Made by a program: the position numbers and the translations under genes
Notes under the pieces: model-generated
What the model was told of the DNA's origin: nothing
The model's input: the letters and a program-made list of their open reading frames with translations, nothing else
Database searches by the model: none
In this document: positions 38,747-52,454 of the stretch, one piece after another
How positions within the stretch are numbered: position 1 is the first letter of the stretch
Layout of the letters: the number at the start of each line of letters is the position of its first letter
DNA from: Mobula hypostoma
Lineage: Eukaryota
Direction of reading: 5' to 3'
Assembly: GCF_963921235.1 (NCBI RefSeq)
Contig: NC_086109.1
Span: 34,660,001 to 34,724,000 of the forward strand
DNA: 64,000 bases

Positions 38747-39857
38747 CTGTCAGGACTGGTGTAAGTAAAGCGAGATGAGTGAGAAAACCACAAAACAGCA
38801 TTCTAGATATGTGGGATGCAGCACAGGGCAGTGGCTAGATACAGTATGTGAAATAGACTGTCAGAAATACTCAACAGTGCAGGCAGCATCTGTGGTGTGA
38901 GAAAGCTGAGTTATAAGAGCAAAACACAGGATAATGGGGGAATTTGATGGGTCAGGCAGCATCTGTGGAGGGATGTGGACAGCTGATGTTTCAATTTGAA
39001 ACCCTGAATCTTGCATTAGAACTGGCCACTCTGTCACAAACAGGAAAAGGCAGTTACATGAGGTTGTTGAATTCAATAGATAGAAGGCATTCAGGCAGGT
39101 TATTCAGGCATTCAGATAGAAGGTTGTTCAGGCATTGTTTTGGAATGGTGCGAGATTCCAAAGACCAAGATGTGGGAGTGTGATGGAGATTGAAAGTGAC
39201 AGGCTCAGGGACTTCAGGATGCAGAATTAAAGTAACAGGTAGTGGTATTCTGCAAAAATGGATGCCCAACCTGCATCTGCTTTCTCTACTGTAGAAGGGA
39301 CTACAGAATTCAGTACACTAAACGAGAAGAAATCCAAGTGATTTGCGGCTTCACTTGTATTATTGAAACTTCAGCTGCTTCCCTCTTCAAAGATGCATTT
39401 TGACTATTTGAGTATTTTCTGTTGTTTTTTTTTCAGATTTCTAGAATTTGCAGTAGTTTTTGGAATACCATGTATTTTTAAGAAGTGCAGTTCTCAACCC
39501 AGGCCACAAAATCTTATGCTGTGAAGAATGAGGGAGAAAACCATTTGTGTCTTGAACTTGCCTGAATTACCTCAGTTGTAGCCCAATCATGGACCAGCAT
39601 TGACTGTGAAGGTCACTTGCGTCTCAGACCAGTTGACTCTCTAAGTTAGTGGCAGACTTGCATTTTAGAAATATACTTTATTCATAACAATATATACAGT
39701 TCACATCTCATTTTACATTCATTGATCCATCAAATTTATACATTCTATTTACAATGTCTATGTGTTTCCTCTTTAAACAAACACCCATACAATGTTTAAT
39801 GACACAGGTTACAGTCCTGAGCTCCAAAATGAGACAAAGGCATTTCACTATGAGACA

Positions 39858-40006
39858 CAAACAACAGGAATTCTGCAGATGCTGGAAATTCAAGCAACAT
39901 ACATCAAAGTTGCTGGTGAACGCAGCAGGCCAAGCAGCATCTATAGGAAGAGGTGCAGTCGACGTTTCAGGCCGAGACCCTTCGTCAGGACTAACTGAAG
40001 GAAGAG
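39858..40006 (-). mobile_element. Short Penelope 3'-end insertion with an intact hammerhead (39956-39997)
   Basis: 11-bp TSD ACTATGAGACA at 39847-39857 and 40007-40017; full tail present. Confidence 0.92.
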
Positions 40007-40514
40007 ACTATGAGACAGTTCTAATTGGTGTGTAGTAGCATGAAGAATTGCTACAATTGCTTTCTCTTAGCATTTATCTTATTTTCCCAAATGAACTGCA
40101 AGTGTGGCTCTCTTCATAACCAACATTATCCTGTATATAGCCAGAAGGAAAAAGACAGGTTTGTGTAAAGTACTGGTGACATCAAACTTTAAAGCCAGAA
40201 TATTATTGGCCATCTAACAACAGCTTTCAGTTAAGTCAATAGGAGAGATTTTAATTTAAACTGCCTGGCAGGGAAATAGTAGTTTTGGGTAAATGGACTG
40301 ACAAAGTCATTTAGCACTCCATTTGTATTTCATTGACATGCAGAAAATAAGGCAATCTTAACATCTCTCTTTCAAATTCTGAAAAGGAACTGTCAGTACT
40401 TCTGCCTAAAGATGAGGCTACTTTATTAAATAAAAGGATAGCTTACAGTTTCAAGACATTATTTTCTTACTGTGTCTTTCTTCAACAGCCACTTTACTTG
40501 GAATGTTCCACAAA

Positions 40515-40820
40515 AGCACAGTTAGCAGAGCTGCTCGCTCACAGACTAAATAACCGCATTTCAATCCTGACGCCAGGTGCACATTCTGCTTGTGTCTGTA
40601 TGGGTACCCTCCAGGTGTTCTGCTATCCCCTTCTATCTCAGAGATGTACTGGTCAGCAGGTTCATTAAACCTTGGTGTTTGTGAGTTGTAGAATCTGGGG
40701 GTAGTTAATGGGACTGTGGGGAGAACAGGTTACAAAGAAGAGTAGTTTGCAACTAGGATTGTTCTAGCCTGCATTAACTTGCTAGGTTGAAATGGTATCC
40801 TTCTACATTGCATGGAAATA
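40515..40820 (+). mobile_element. CORE-type SINE, degenerate
   Basis: GCACAGTTAGCAGAGCTGCT..CTCACAG...TTCAATCCTGAC head and a core-like body. Confidence 0.55.
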
Positions 40821-41052
40821 TCAACAGTAGTGCTACTAGTCTTCAAACACTAGTCACCATTACAATCAATTAGATTCATATCAATCATATATTTTATATG
40901 ATGCATTGTCCATAGTCTGAATTCTTGACAGTTCTTTTTCAAAACCTTAGAGACTAAGATTACTTTATTTTTTACATCTCAGTGAGAAGGTGAGGTATGG
41001 CAACTACTCTCCCTGCAAGTGGATGGTTTTACTTAAGTTTAGTATTAGAATA

Positions 41053-41390
41053 GTGGTGGTTGTCCATCATGTCCGAAGATGACAGGACACCTATGTGAAA
41101 GGGTTTTTAAAGTGGAAAAGCCGTTGCGCTGGGGCAGTTCCATTCTCTCAACTTCAGAAGTCCGGGTTCAGTGATATGAACAAGTGTCACAAACTGGGGT
41201 CTTCCTTGGCTGCAGTAGATGACCATGACATCTTCTGTGCCTTGTCATGCCCTTCACTCTCTGTGGAGTGTTATAGTACTGCCTGGCTGTTGGATCTAAC
41301 TGTAGATCTTATTCACCTAGGCTGTGGGGTCTGACTTTGCATGCTTGGACAGGCATGTCCCTATCTCACTGGGGTGTTAGGCTGCCGGTG
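41053..41390 (-). mobile_element. Probable RTE-derived short element
   Basis: The end GGTTGTCCATCATGTCCGAAGATGAC resembles the reverse of the 3' end at 12869-12898. Confidence 0.4.
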
Positions 41391-44327
41391 TTAGAATAAT
41401 AAAAGTGATAAAAATATCATATTTTGCTTATCTAAAAAGGATATAATTTATGATATTTTGCAGTGTTAAAGATTCTGTATATACAATATCTTACTGACTT
41501 GATACTAAGAAAATAAAGATGGATTTGCCACTGATGCCTATACAGAGTAACGATAAAAAAGAACCCATGTGGCATCTTTAACATAACAAACTCAAAATTC
41601 ACTTTTCTGGAAGTTAATTCAAATGCAAAGAATGTGGACTGACTGGTTCATTCTCAGTTCATTGCTTAATTCTCAAATGGTTGTGAGACAGAGGAAAGTC
41701 AAAGGAACATATTTTGTCTGGCAGATGGAAGGCCAAGATTAAATATGCAGTATGGAGTTCCAATAGCCTTTACCTGATAAGCTGGTAGTTTTATTTATTT
41801 TCATTTAAAATAAAAGATTAGTTCAATTTTTTAAAAATCCGAAATTAGGTGCTGTATACAACATTTATTAACCTTACCTTGACAGAACAGCAACAGGAAT
41901 TTGCAAATCACTTAAAATTTGTTATTTTCAAGCAATAACTTATTTTCTAATTACCCAGTTTGTACTGGTGTTGTTTTCCTTGAGTGATAAGTGAAACATT
42001 TACCTGTGATATTGCCATGTCTTTCACATTAGCATGCTAGAACAAGGCAGGCTGTTTAGCTACTGTATCTGAGGCCGTGCTGACAATCAAGAAGATCAAA
42101 GCAGATCTGTGAACCGTTTCGACATACTTGTCTTTTTCCCAAGCTCTGAAGCTGGGGTTTCTAGCTGTGAAACCAACAATCTCATACTTTAATGTTAGGA
42201 ATTGATCTGGCATTAATTGCTATTTGTGGAAAAGTTTTATATTTTATATTGTAGTGTTACATTACCACTGTTTCAGAATGCCAGAAATAACTTATCTCCA
42301 CTCATGTAATACATATAAAATTTCAATTATTTTGCAAGTTATTTGAGAAAATCTTGAGTTTCCTATCTTCTCTCACAATTTCACTTTGAGTTCAATTTTC
42401 ATCTTGGGAACTCTACGTCACACTGTGTCCACAGCCAAAATTTCCTTTTATTGTGTTGTATCCAGATTGATTCATGGTTCCTCACATATGGATGAGGCAG
42501 AAAAACTTTTGAGGAACTATATAACTTTTACTCCTTTGTATACTGGGTATAAGGGCTTTAGTTCTGTTAGTCTTCTTGATTACGTTCATTTGAATAATTT
42601 TTAAAATTATATTATCTATCAGAGACATTTAAAACATATCAAAAATAATCTTCAGCAGACGGCAAGCTAACAGGGATTCTGGCAGTAGGACCTTAGGATA
42701 TGACTCTTCAGGTCTACATGGAGCATGGAGACTTGAACGTTGTCTGACGTGCGTTGATGTGGAACATTGTTTCCTTCAACCTTCTGCATTTAGAGAAAGT
42801 AAATGTGGGTGCTGGGGTCTGCAGCTGGACAGACAGCCTATACTGAGATAATCCAGCTCGGTAGAACTCTCCTGTTTAATAGAAGTAGAAAGTTGCAACC
42901 AGACTTTGAGCATCATTTGGTAACTATGATTTATGAAGGTAGCTATTGATCTTGAAAATCTTTTAATGGCAAGATCAAGGTTTCAAGGAAACTGTAACAC
43001 TGCCTTGTGAGTATATTTTTTATCTGAATATGCACTTTTGAAAGGAAGACAGGTTATCAAAGTCAATTTGAGCTTCCTTGAAAAAATTACTGATTAATTA
43101 CAATGATATGTTCAAAAAGTGATGCAGTGAGCAAAGCACAAGGATTGAGAAAGTAAAGATAAATAAAAATCAAATCATTCATTTGACTACCATCAATCTG
43201 AACAGTACTCCCTTTGTTAATTCCCTGGGGTGTATGAATAAATTATCTTATAGACCTTGGTCTCCCAAAGGGTAATAGGAAAATTAATGAGTAAATAGTC
43301 ATCAAAACAACAATTTATACAACTGTTTGGGGGTAAACTAAAGTGGTGGCTGAAAGGGAAATTAGTTATGATTGTATCTCCAGATACATCAAACCGCAAT
43401 GAGATGGGAAAGGCAAAATGGTTAAGGTTTAATTCAAAATTCTTAATTTGTGACAGTTCTATTTGAATTTAGAAAAGACATGTGTCTTAGGTAATTGTAG
43501 AAAGTTAGCAATGTTGAGCTAGGCCCTGATACTTGTGTAGGTGACTGATGTGATAGGAATTACTTTGTTCAACCATTCAAAATTAATTTCTGATCCTTTA
43601 TTTACACAGGACATATGAAATGAAAGATTGAAAACGGATGAAAATGGAATGGGCTGGAATGAAACTTATTCTGATGAATGGTCTCAACCTGAAACATTAA
43701 CTGTTTCCCCTTCTACATATACTGCCTGACCTTGAGTACTTTTCCCAACATTTTCTGTTTTTATTTCAGAAGTTAAATCTTATTTTAAGCATGTATTTGA
43801 TGTGCAGGGAGCACAGTGTTCTGTCCCTCAGGGTTTTCTGATAGATATCTAAATTTGTGTGGAGAGGTAATGGGAGCTCGCAAAGGCTCAAACTATACCT
43901 ATGTAGGATACATACTTGTTCTTGTTTCAGTCCTTCTCAGGCCTCTCTCACTCACCTCTTTATTGAGTATTTTCATGATTGTATTGCAACTCCCTGCAGT
44001 CACAGAAAACTCAAAATATGTACTACTTTTGTCATCAATTATTCTCAGCTTCTCATGACCCAGCTCTGACTCTCCCCTTCCATTTCTGGATCTTTCTGTC
44101 CCAGAGACTATGTTAGCCACACATATCCATTACAAGGTCTCGCACTGAAATGTGGACCGTTTAGTCCCCTCCATTGTTGCTGACTGACTTGTTCAGTTCC
44201 TCCAGCGTTATGTGTGGGTAGTGTGTGTTGCTCAAGATTTCCGGCATCTGCAGATTCTCTTGTGTTTATGATTTGAGTCCTCCCATTCGGGTGCTCACCC
44301 TTCTACATTTCAACAAAATTGTACTAC

Positions 44328-45642
44328 TGTCACAATGGCGGGGGATTGGGAGCAAAGGTGGACCCAAATGCAAGACACATCTTGTGAGGTTACTTAGATT
44401 TAGTTTATTGTTTGATACCAGGAGACAAGGCAGGAGCAGGAAATAGCGAACTGGACAAGGACTCAGGACTACGACTAGGCTGGGACAAGGGTCTGAGCTT
44501 GGACTCGGAATTGGCTCCCAGAACTAGAGGAGACATGAAGAGGCTGGGGTATGAACTCCGAGCCAGAGACTGGGCAAGGACCCAGTACCTGGGTCTTGCC
44601 TCGGGCTCGGACCCCAGAACCGAGCAAGGACATGACATGGGCTAGGGAGAGGAGGAACATGGGAACACAGAGCCTCGGTCTCGAGAGAGCAGGTACATGG
44701 AACCATGGAGACATTCACAGAACACAGAGTCGGGACCCCTCCTTGGGTACAGGACATAGGGCCAGGACTCATGACCCTTCGCGGGGCAACAGCAAGATGG
44801 CCTGACTTACCCCACGGAAGCGAGGACAAAACAAGACAGAAATGACCCCCCGCAGGGCAACGGCAAGACGGCTTGACCTACCCCATGGAGGCAAGGACAA
44901 GACACGACAAGACATGACCCTCCCCGCGGGGCAACGGCAAGACGGCCTGACTTACCCCATGGAGGCGAGGACAAGACAAGACAAGACCAACACGAATGAG
45001 CACCAGACAGTACCTATCTAGCTCTGGTGATGGAACTAGACAGAAGTGCAAGCGGGGGCTGCAGAAGAGGGCTAGAGGTGAGAGGGGCAGAGAAGGGATT
45101 CAGACAAGGGGATAGGACGGGGATCACAGACCGCCAGGGCCAGGACTTGACTCAGAACTGGGAAGCCGCCAGGGCCAGGACTTGACTTGGTGCTTGAATG
45201 CCGCCAGGGCCAGGACTTGATTTGGAGCCTCCGGGTAGTGGTGAGCTCTCAACTCGGCCCGGGAACAGTAGACAGCGGTTCTTGATTCCCTCCGGCGGGT
45301 TAACTGACGGACCCACCTCGATGAGGAAACTTTGCAGGCTTGCTTTGGTGAGGTAACTGGACAGGGTTGCTCCTGCGAGGAAAAGGCGAATTACCGGCAC
45401 TCGCTTTGGCAGAGACTAGGCTTGCTCCGGCCAGATGACATCAGCACATCGTACCTTAGATGACTTTGCAGACGCTCCCGCGCCGAACGGCTGAAAACTG
45501 GAGACTATGAACTACCGGTTCAGCCGAGCATTAATTGCCTCTAATCACCAAAGTCGAGGGACATGGGAAAACAAGGAATCAACGGTCCGGATCGTAACAT
45601 AAACAAGGTAAATTTAAAGGGCCCCTGATCCGGACCATGACA
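44328..45642 (-). mobile_element. Solo LTR (Gypsy-like), 1315 bp
   Basis: TGTCA...TGACA termini and a perfect 5-bp TSD ACTAC (44323-44327, 45643-45647). Minus-strand AATAAA near 44404-44409. GC-rich, with internal tandem repeats. Confidence 0.88.
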
Positions 45643-45997
45643 ACTACCAGATATGTATTCCTTCCCCTTTCAGCATTCAAAAGGAAGCATTCCTTCCCAA
45701 ACCTTCTTGTCCACTCTTCCATCGCCACTCTTATCATGATGCTTTGCCAAGCAACTACAATGGTTGCAACACCTCTCTTTCTAACTCTTCCCTTCTCACC
45801 ATGTAAGGACCCAAACAAACCTCTCGGGTAAACCAGTTTTCCCTTGCCCTATTTGCAATTTAGAGTACTGCAGCTGGTTCTCAGAGTGTGGTCCTCTCAT
45901 ATTGGAGAAGCCAAATATAGTTCATTGGCCACTTTACAAATGTATTGCAAACCACATTTTTCTCTCCATAGGGGCAACCCTGAGCTTTCAATTTTTT

Positions 45998-46657
45998 TTA
46001 GATTATGAGAACACTCAGTCCTCTTTTATTGTCATTTAGAAATGCATACATGCATTAAGAAATGATACAATGTTTCTCCGGAGTGACATCACAGAAAACA
46101 GGACAGAACCACATAATTATAGCATACAGTTACTGCAGTGCACAGCAATACCGTAATTTGATGAAGAACGAACCATGGGCACGGTAAATAAAGTCTCAAA
46201 AGTCCCTGAGTCAATCGACTCTCGAGTCTCTGATAGCAGGCGGCAAAAGGGAGAAACTCCCTGTTATAAACCTCCAGGCACCATCAACTTGCCGATACCT
46301 TGGAAGCAGCCGACCACAGCTGACACTGAGTCCATCCGTCCGAAAACTTTGAGCTTCCGACCAGCCTCTCCGATACAGCCTCCCGAGCGCCATCCTCTGC
46401 CGAGCACCTTCGACCTCTCCCCAGCCACTGAAACAAGCAAAGCCGAGGATTTCGGGGCCTTCAGCTCCGGAGATTCCAGTTGCCACACAGTAGCAGCGGC
46501 AGCGAAGCGGGCATTTCAGAAGGTTTCCAGATGTTCCTCCGTACTCTCACGTTCATCCCCATCAAATCAGAATTCTGCACAGTCTCCTACTTGACAGATT
46601 ACAGACATCACCACCGAAGTGGCTGCGCACGCTGTCATTGCGCTGCCATCTTCTCCT
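45998..46657 (-). mobile_element. Non-autonomous retroelement of about 0.7 kb (copy 2), inserted in an old Penelope remnant
   Basis: Collinear with 7651-8336 apart from small deletions. Confidence 0.8.
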
Positions 46658-46689
46658 AATTTCCAGTTACTTTAAGTTTCCAAAGAGGT

Positions 46690-47875
46690 ATAAGAGACTG
46701 CAGGTGTTGTAGCAAAACAACAAGATGAGCAGACGGAGGAATGGGTCAGGCAATAAGTGCAGGAGAAAAAGGACAGTCATTGGTTTGGATTGAGAGCTTC
46801 CATCTGCACTCATATAGCAGAGGAACGTTAACTAGTAGCAGAGAGCTGAAGGTGAAGCATGGGGCAAAAATCAGGCAAATGATAAGAGCATTCAGGTGAG
46901 GGGTAGGGGAGGGTGTTGTTGATTGGCAGATGGAGATGGAGGCAAGAGAAGTGCAAAATAGAGGTAGAGGAGGTGACAGGAGGAAGCAAACAAATGCAGA
47001 TAATGGAATCTGACCAGAAAAGATGACAAAGCATAGAAGCAAATAAAGGAAGTAGGGAGAGCAATTGGGCAAATGGGAGCTATGGGTGGGGTGACGTCAG
47101 GGGAGAGGGCTCAATGGAATGTATGGATGATGAGGCGATGGGGCAGTTGGGAGAAGGGGAAAGAATCTGGATGATAGGGAGTTGGGGGAGGGAAGGGCAG
47201 CTAAATTTGTGAGAACTTCAGAAGGAGAGGAAAGGAGACAGGAGGGAGTAGGATATCTGAAAATGGAAAAATCAGTGTTTGTGCTGTTGGGTTGTAGACT
47301 ACCCAGGCTGAACATGAGGCACTGTTCCTCTAGTTTCCCTTTAGCCTCAGCTTGGCAATGGAAGAGACTGAAGACACAGGTGGGTACGGGAATGGGGCTG
47401 GGGAGGGAGTTAAAATGGCTGACTACAGGGAGCTCCAGCTGGCCATGGTGGATGGAGCGCAGGTCTTTGGCCAAGTTGTCATCTGGTCTGCACTTGGACT
47501 CACTGATGTGGAAGAGGCCACATCAGGAGCACTGGATGTAACAGATAAGGTTAGAGGAGATGCAAGTGAATGGTGGGAGAGGAGGTGCAGGCACACGTGT
47601 TAGTCCTAATAGAGTTGCAGGGGAGGGGAAGGATGAGTCCCACTAAGAGTGATCCCTGTGGAAAGCAGAAAGAAATGAGGAGGGGGAGATGTAACTGGCC
47701 GTGGGATCACATTGCAGTTGGTGGAAATTTCAATGAATGATGCTCTAGCTGCAGAGGCTGGTGGAGAGAAAGGTGAGGTCCATTAGAATCCCACCTCTCT
47801 TCTGCTTCAGGTGAGAGTGGAAGTGTGGGAAATGGAGGAGATTTGACTGAGGTCTTCATCAACCACAGTGGTTGT
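46690..47875 (-). mobile_element. Old Penelope-like element
   Basis: ELPVVSHFNS...KLEEQCLMFSLGSLQP.S.N.DFS. Confidence 0.8.
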
Positions 47876-48669
47876 TAAGTTTCCACTCCATTTTACTTCT
47901 GGTCTGTCAGCCGGTGGCCTCCTGTGTTGTTCTAACAAGGCCCAGCATGAACATGAGAAACACCTCTTCTTCATTATGCACATTGGAGCCCTCAGGACTT
48001 TATATCAGATTTTTAAGTTGTTTAACTCTACTTGATACCTAGTTAGCCCATTACTTTGCTTTGGTTTTTAGATTAGTTGCACAGTGGGTTCTTTTTTGGG
48101 TTTTTTTTTCTTTTCCTTATTGACATGTATGAAAATTAGTATACTATTATATTACCTTGTTATTTTATATCTAAACTGCACTGTTTGTACTAACTTCTTT
48201 TTGTGTATTAATATCTCTTGTAAAGTTATATTGCAACAGTGTATTAGTGCCTACATGGTTTACCTTTTGTGTACTAATTCAATAAAAAGATTTAGAAAGA
48301 AAGAAAGGACTTTATATCAGATTTGGATTGTGCAGCTAACTCAGTTTCTCTCTCCAGATGAGACTGATCTGCTGGGAATTCCTGCAGCTCTGCCAGCCTT
48401 TCATTGTCCTTTACATATTCCTTTGTTTATTTTCGCTCAATTGCCTTCATTAATTTGTCAACTTTATGGCTAACTCATCGCCAAGGTAGTTCTGCCCTCT
48501 CAATGTATTCCCCCTTTCCGATCCATTGTTCCCCTATTCTCTCTGCAACTTACAACAAACTGGTCTTCTCTCTTTCTTCAGCCTGAAATGTTTACTCTGT
48601 TTATCTTTCCATGGTTATAGTCGGGTCTGCTGAGTGTTTTGAGCACTTGCAGTTTTTAGATGTCCTTTT

Positions 48670-49730
48670 CCTAAAATCGGGTCAGCTGAACAAGACGCTG
48701 GTGAGATTGCACTCGGAATTCTGTGGGTGGTTTGGTTGCCTGGGTATAGGAAGGATGTCATTAAGCTGGAAAGGGTGCAGAAAAGATTCACGAGGAAGTA
48801 ACCAGGACTGGAGGGCTTGAGTTATAGGGAGAGACTGGATCTGCTGGAACGATCTTCCCTAGAGTATAGGAGGCTGAGGGCAACTTTATAAAATCATGAG
48901 GGATATCAGGTGAAAGGCACTGTGAGGGTAAAGGCAAGAAACAAGGTGAGGAATTATAAAACTAGAGAGCATAGGTTTAATGTGAGAGGAGAGAGATTTA
49001 AAAGGAACCTGAGAGGCAAGCTTTTCACACGGAAGGTGGGTATATGAAAAAAAATGTTGGAGGAAAAGGTTAAGCCAGGTACAAATACAATGTTCGAAGG
49101 GCACTTAGATAGGAACAGTTTAGAGGGATATGGGCCAAATACAGGGAAATGGAACGAGCTCAAGTAGACAGCTTGCTGGGTATGGATGAATTGAGCCAAA
49201 GGGCCTGTTTCCATTCTATTGTATCTCTATGATTCTGATTCTTTTGCAGACACGTTAGGCACACAAAGCAGATGCAAAATTTGATGCATATTTATTAGAT
49301 GACTGTCCAGAAGGACATTTAAATTCATGACATTAAATCAACCTGAAATAGGAAGCTCTGGGAGCTGAGAGGTGATGTAAAAGAGTCTAAAATTATGAGT
49401 GGTACAGATAGGATAGAAAGCCAGAGATGATTTTCCATGGTAGGGGTGTCTAAAACTAGAGGGTAAAAGGTTAGGATGAGAGGGCGGAGGTTCAAAGGAG
49501 ATGTGAGGGGTTCAGTTTTCACCTGGTATCTGGAATAATCTGCAAGAGGAGATGGTGGAGGCAGAAATAATAGAAACATTTAAGAGGAATTTTGACAGAT
49601 ACCTGACTGTGCAGGACACAGAGGGGTATAAAATTAATTCAGGCAAGTGGGATTAATATTGATAGGCATGATTGTCACCATAAACACAATGACCTGAAGG
49701 GCCTTTTTCAATGTTGCATACCATGATTCC
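48670..49730 (+). mobile_element. Two tandem degraded CR1 3' fragments (about 48670-49235 and 49330-49730)
   Basis: KTLVRLHSEFC and ERVQKRF-like remnants, GGGCCTGTTTCC 3' UTR motif and tails. Confidence 0.75.
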
Positions 49731-50005
49731 ATTGTAGAACTGATCATGAAACGACCCAATTCTATTAATAACCCACCTGGTTAAAAAATGTCTGTGAACG
49801 TTAGTCCGTTGTAAAGCCCTTTTGATTCATTACCAAAAAAATAGAATGCTGTGAAGTCCTAGGGTTTAGTTTCTGCATGGCTTCGTCTGACATCAATTGA
49901 GACTCATTTTAAGAGAGAATTTACACCATCTTTGGGTGTGATGTGAGGATTGGGGAAAGCTGATTAAGGAGATTTGTCTGTTCATTTGGTCTTTTTTCCT
50001 GAAAG

Positions 50006-50108
50006 TGAGATAATTTCCAGCAATCTTCTGGCAGACGCCTTTGCCAGTCAAGAGATGATGAAGAGTGGAAGGATTAGAAAGAGGAGAGACGAAGCATACA
50101 GAGAGAAG
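50006..50108 (+). CDS. Candidate exon (EIISSNLLADAFASQEMMKSGRIRKRRDEAYREK)
   Basis: Polypyrimidine tract plus AG at 50004-50005, a single open frame and a purine-rich body. The donor AAG|GTGCAT is weak. No homology recognised. Confidence 0.2.
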
Positions 50109-50369
50109 GTGCATTTGCAGCATGAACATGTTAGGTGCATATCATGTTTAAGACAGGCTGTGATTCAGGTGCTGCCATGAAAATAATTTATAAGTCAGAG
50201 GAATCTCTTGGAATGTTGAAGTGAGTGGAGCAAAGATCATTGTACACATGCATGATTTTTTATTTTGGGCTCCTGACGGAAATTATAAAAAATCTTCCAG
50301 TGAAGAGGAATTACATTTATGTAGGTAGATCTGTTCACTTTGGAGATGAGATGGCTAAAATGAGATTTG

Positions 50370-51505
50370 ATCATGATGCTTATGTCAGAATGCTGTTTCC
50401 AGATTTCAGTTCAATACTATTCAATACTATTGTCCCATGGACCTTGGTGAAGAAAACTTCTACTCCTTGGTCTAAATGCACCACTGCGCAACTGGTGTTT
50501 GACTTCCTAACCAATAGACCTCAGATAGTCAGAATGCACAACTGCTCTTCCCTCCTCATCATCCTCAACACGGGTGCCCCCCAGGTCTGTGTGCTGAGCC
50601 CATTGCTGTACACTTTGCTCACACTTGACTGCATGGCCAAACACGCGAGTAATCCCATTGACAGTGGCGGGGCTCAGCACCAACAACAATGAGATTACCT
50701 GCAGAGGAAGGGGAAGAGCTTGTGGCCTGGTGCCAGGCAAATAACCTCTTCCTCAATGTCGACAAGACAACGGAGATGGTTGTTGACTTCAGGGGAACTC
50801 ATACCACTCACACCCCTCTTTACATCGGCGGCACAGCGTGGAAACTGTTTCAATCTCCTGGGAAAGCTTGTATCTCACTACCTCCCATGGTCTCAGAACA
50901 CATTATACAACATCAGGAATACTCACCAATGTTTCTGCTTTCTGAGGAGGCTGAAGAGAGCTGGACTGTGCACATCTATACTCACATCATTCTACAGATG
51001 CACAGTAGAGAGCATCTTAACAAGTCACATCATTGCATGCTATGGCCACTGTACTGCACTAGTCAGAAAGGCTGTACAACAGGCAGTCAAAACTGTGTAA
51101 ATATACATATATTTACACAGATAAGTGCCGGAAAAGGGCCAGTAAAATCATGAAGGATCTCACCCACTCTGCTTATGGATTTTTTGACCCACTCTCATCA
51201 GGGAAGAGGCTATGTAGCATCCACACCAGGATCAATAGACTCAAAAACAGTTACTTTCCGCAAGCAGTAAGGCTGTTCAACTCATCCCTCCACACCCCCA
51301 ACCACCATCATTTCCTGTCAGTCATCTTATGTGCCGATACTCCTGTGGCTAGCATCAATTAATGTATATCAGCTATCTTATATATTTATTGTTTTAAATT
51401 ATTGTTTTGTACTTTATTTTGTTTATTTTGTGCTGCAACAGATCGGGAGTAACAATTATTTTATTCTCCTTTACACCTGTGTACTGGAAATAATATTAAA
51501 CAATC
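50370..51505 (+). mobile_element. Rex1/Babar LINE RT and 3' portion
   Basis: YVRMLFPDFSS..FNTIVP, TGAPQVCVLSPLLYTLLT, LNVDKTTEMVVDFR and FYRCTVESILT. Confidence 0.9.
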
Positions 51506-52454
51506 TCTAATTAAATTCATGAAATCATTGTTTCAAATAATTCAGGGGAAACGGATGAACTAACTGAAGATTATTGCCCAAATAACCAGAAGCAATTTGA
51601 GGTGAAACTGTTCAGAATGCAATGGCTGTGAGAATGGTGGCTGCAGAATCCATTGGGAATTAAATTTGAGTGAAGGAACAGAAAATGCGGAGAAATATGA
51701 AAAAGCTGGCAAAAGGATGGATTTGTGTTACTTTACTGACGTTGGTGTAGAGTCAATACCCTGAGTGGAGTTCTTCTGTGCTGGATTGATGGAAAAACAT
51801 TCATTTAAAACAACCTTGGTTTTGGAGTCAGTCAATCACGGTATGTGTTATTATGAAGTATTTTTCGTCTGCTGGTTATTTCTTCCATCTACTTTCACTG
51901 AGTCGATCGTTTGATTCCATTATCATCTTCATTATCAAAACTGACTAACGTACCAACCAGAAGGTCTTTGGGATGTGGAGAAATTGAAACAACTGAAAAA
52001 AATCTTATTTTGTCAGAAGGGAGTGTGCAAACTCCATACAGACTGCAAGGGAGATGAGGATTGAATGTACATCAAGTCTCTGATACTGTGATACAATGAC
52101 TCAGCTAGCTGTACTAATGTGCTGCCTATTTCCCTTATTTTTCTTTTGTGTCAGATTTTGTGTGGTAATGCATCTGAGAAATGCCTAGGGATATTTTACA
52201 GTGTTGCTTCCTAAATGGAAGTCGTTGTTATTGATAGTGTTCTTGCTGCCTCCAACACTGACATTCTACAGCGACAGATGAGAAGAAGCTCATGTCCCAT
52301 GTTCTATGTCTCAATCTTTATCCACTTTCAACTCTTACTTTACCATTTTTATCATTCCCATTAATGTCCAAGGCATCTCTGTTTGCCTTTTAAAAATATA
52401 CTGTGGTACCATTTGACCTTTCTGTCATTAATTCTTGTGCATTTTATCCAAGCC

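Noticed and set aside
44770..45220. CRISPR-like repeat arrays
   Set aside because: The units are tandem with related intervening sequence, lie inside an LTR in eukaryotic DNA, and there are no cas genes.
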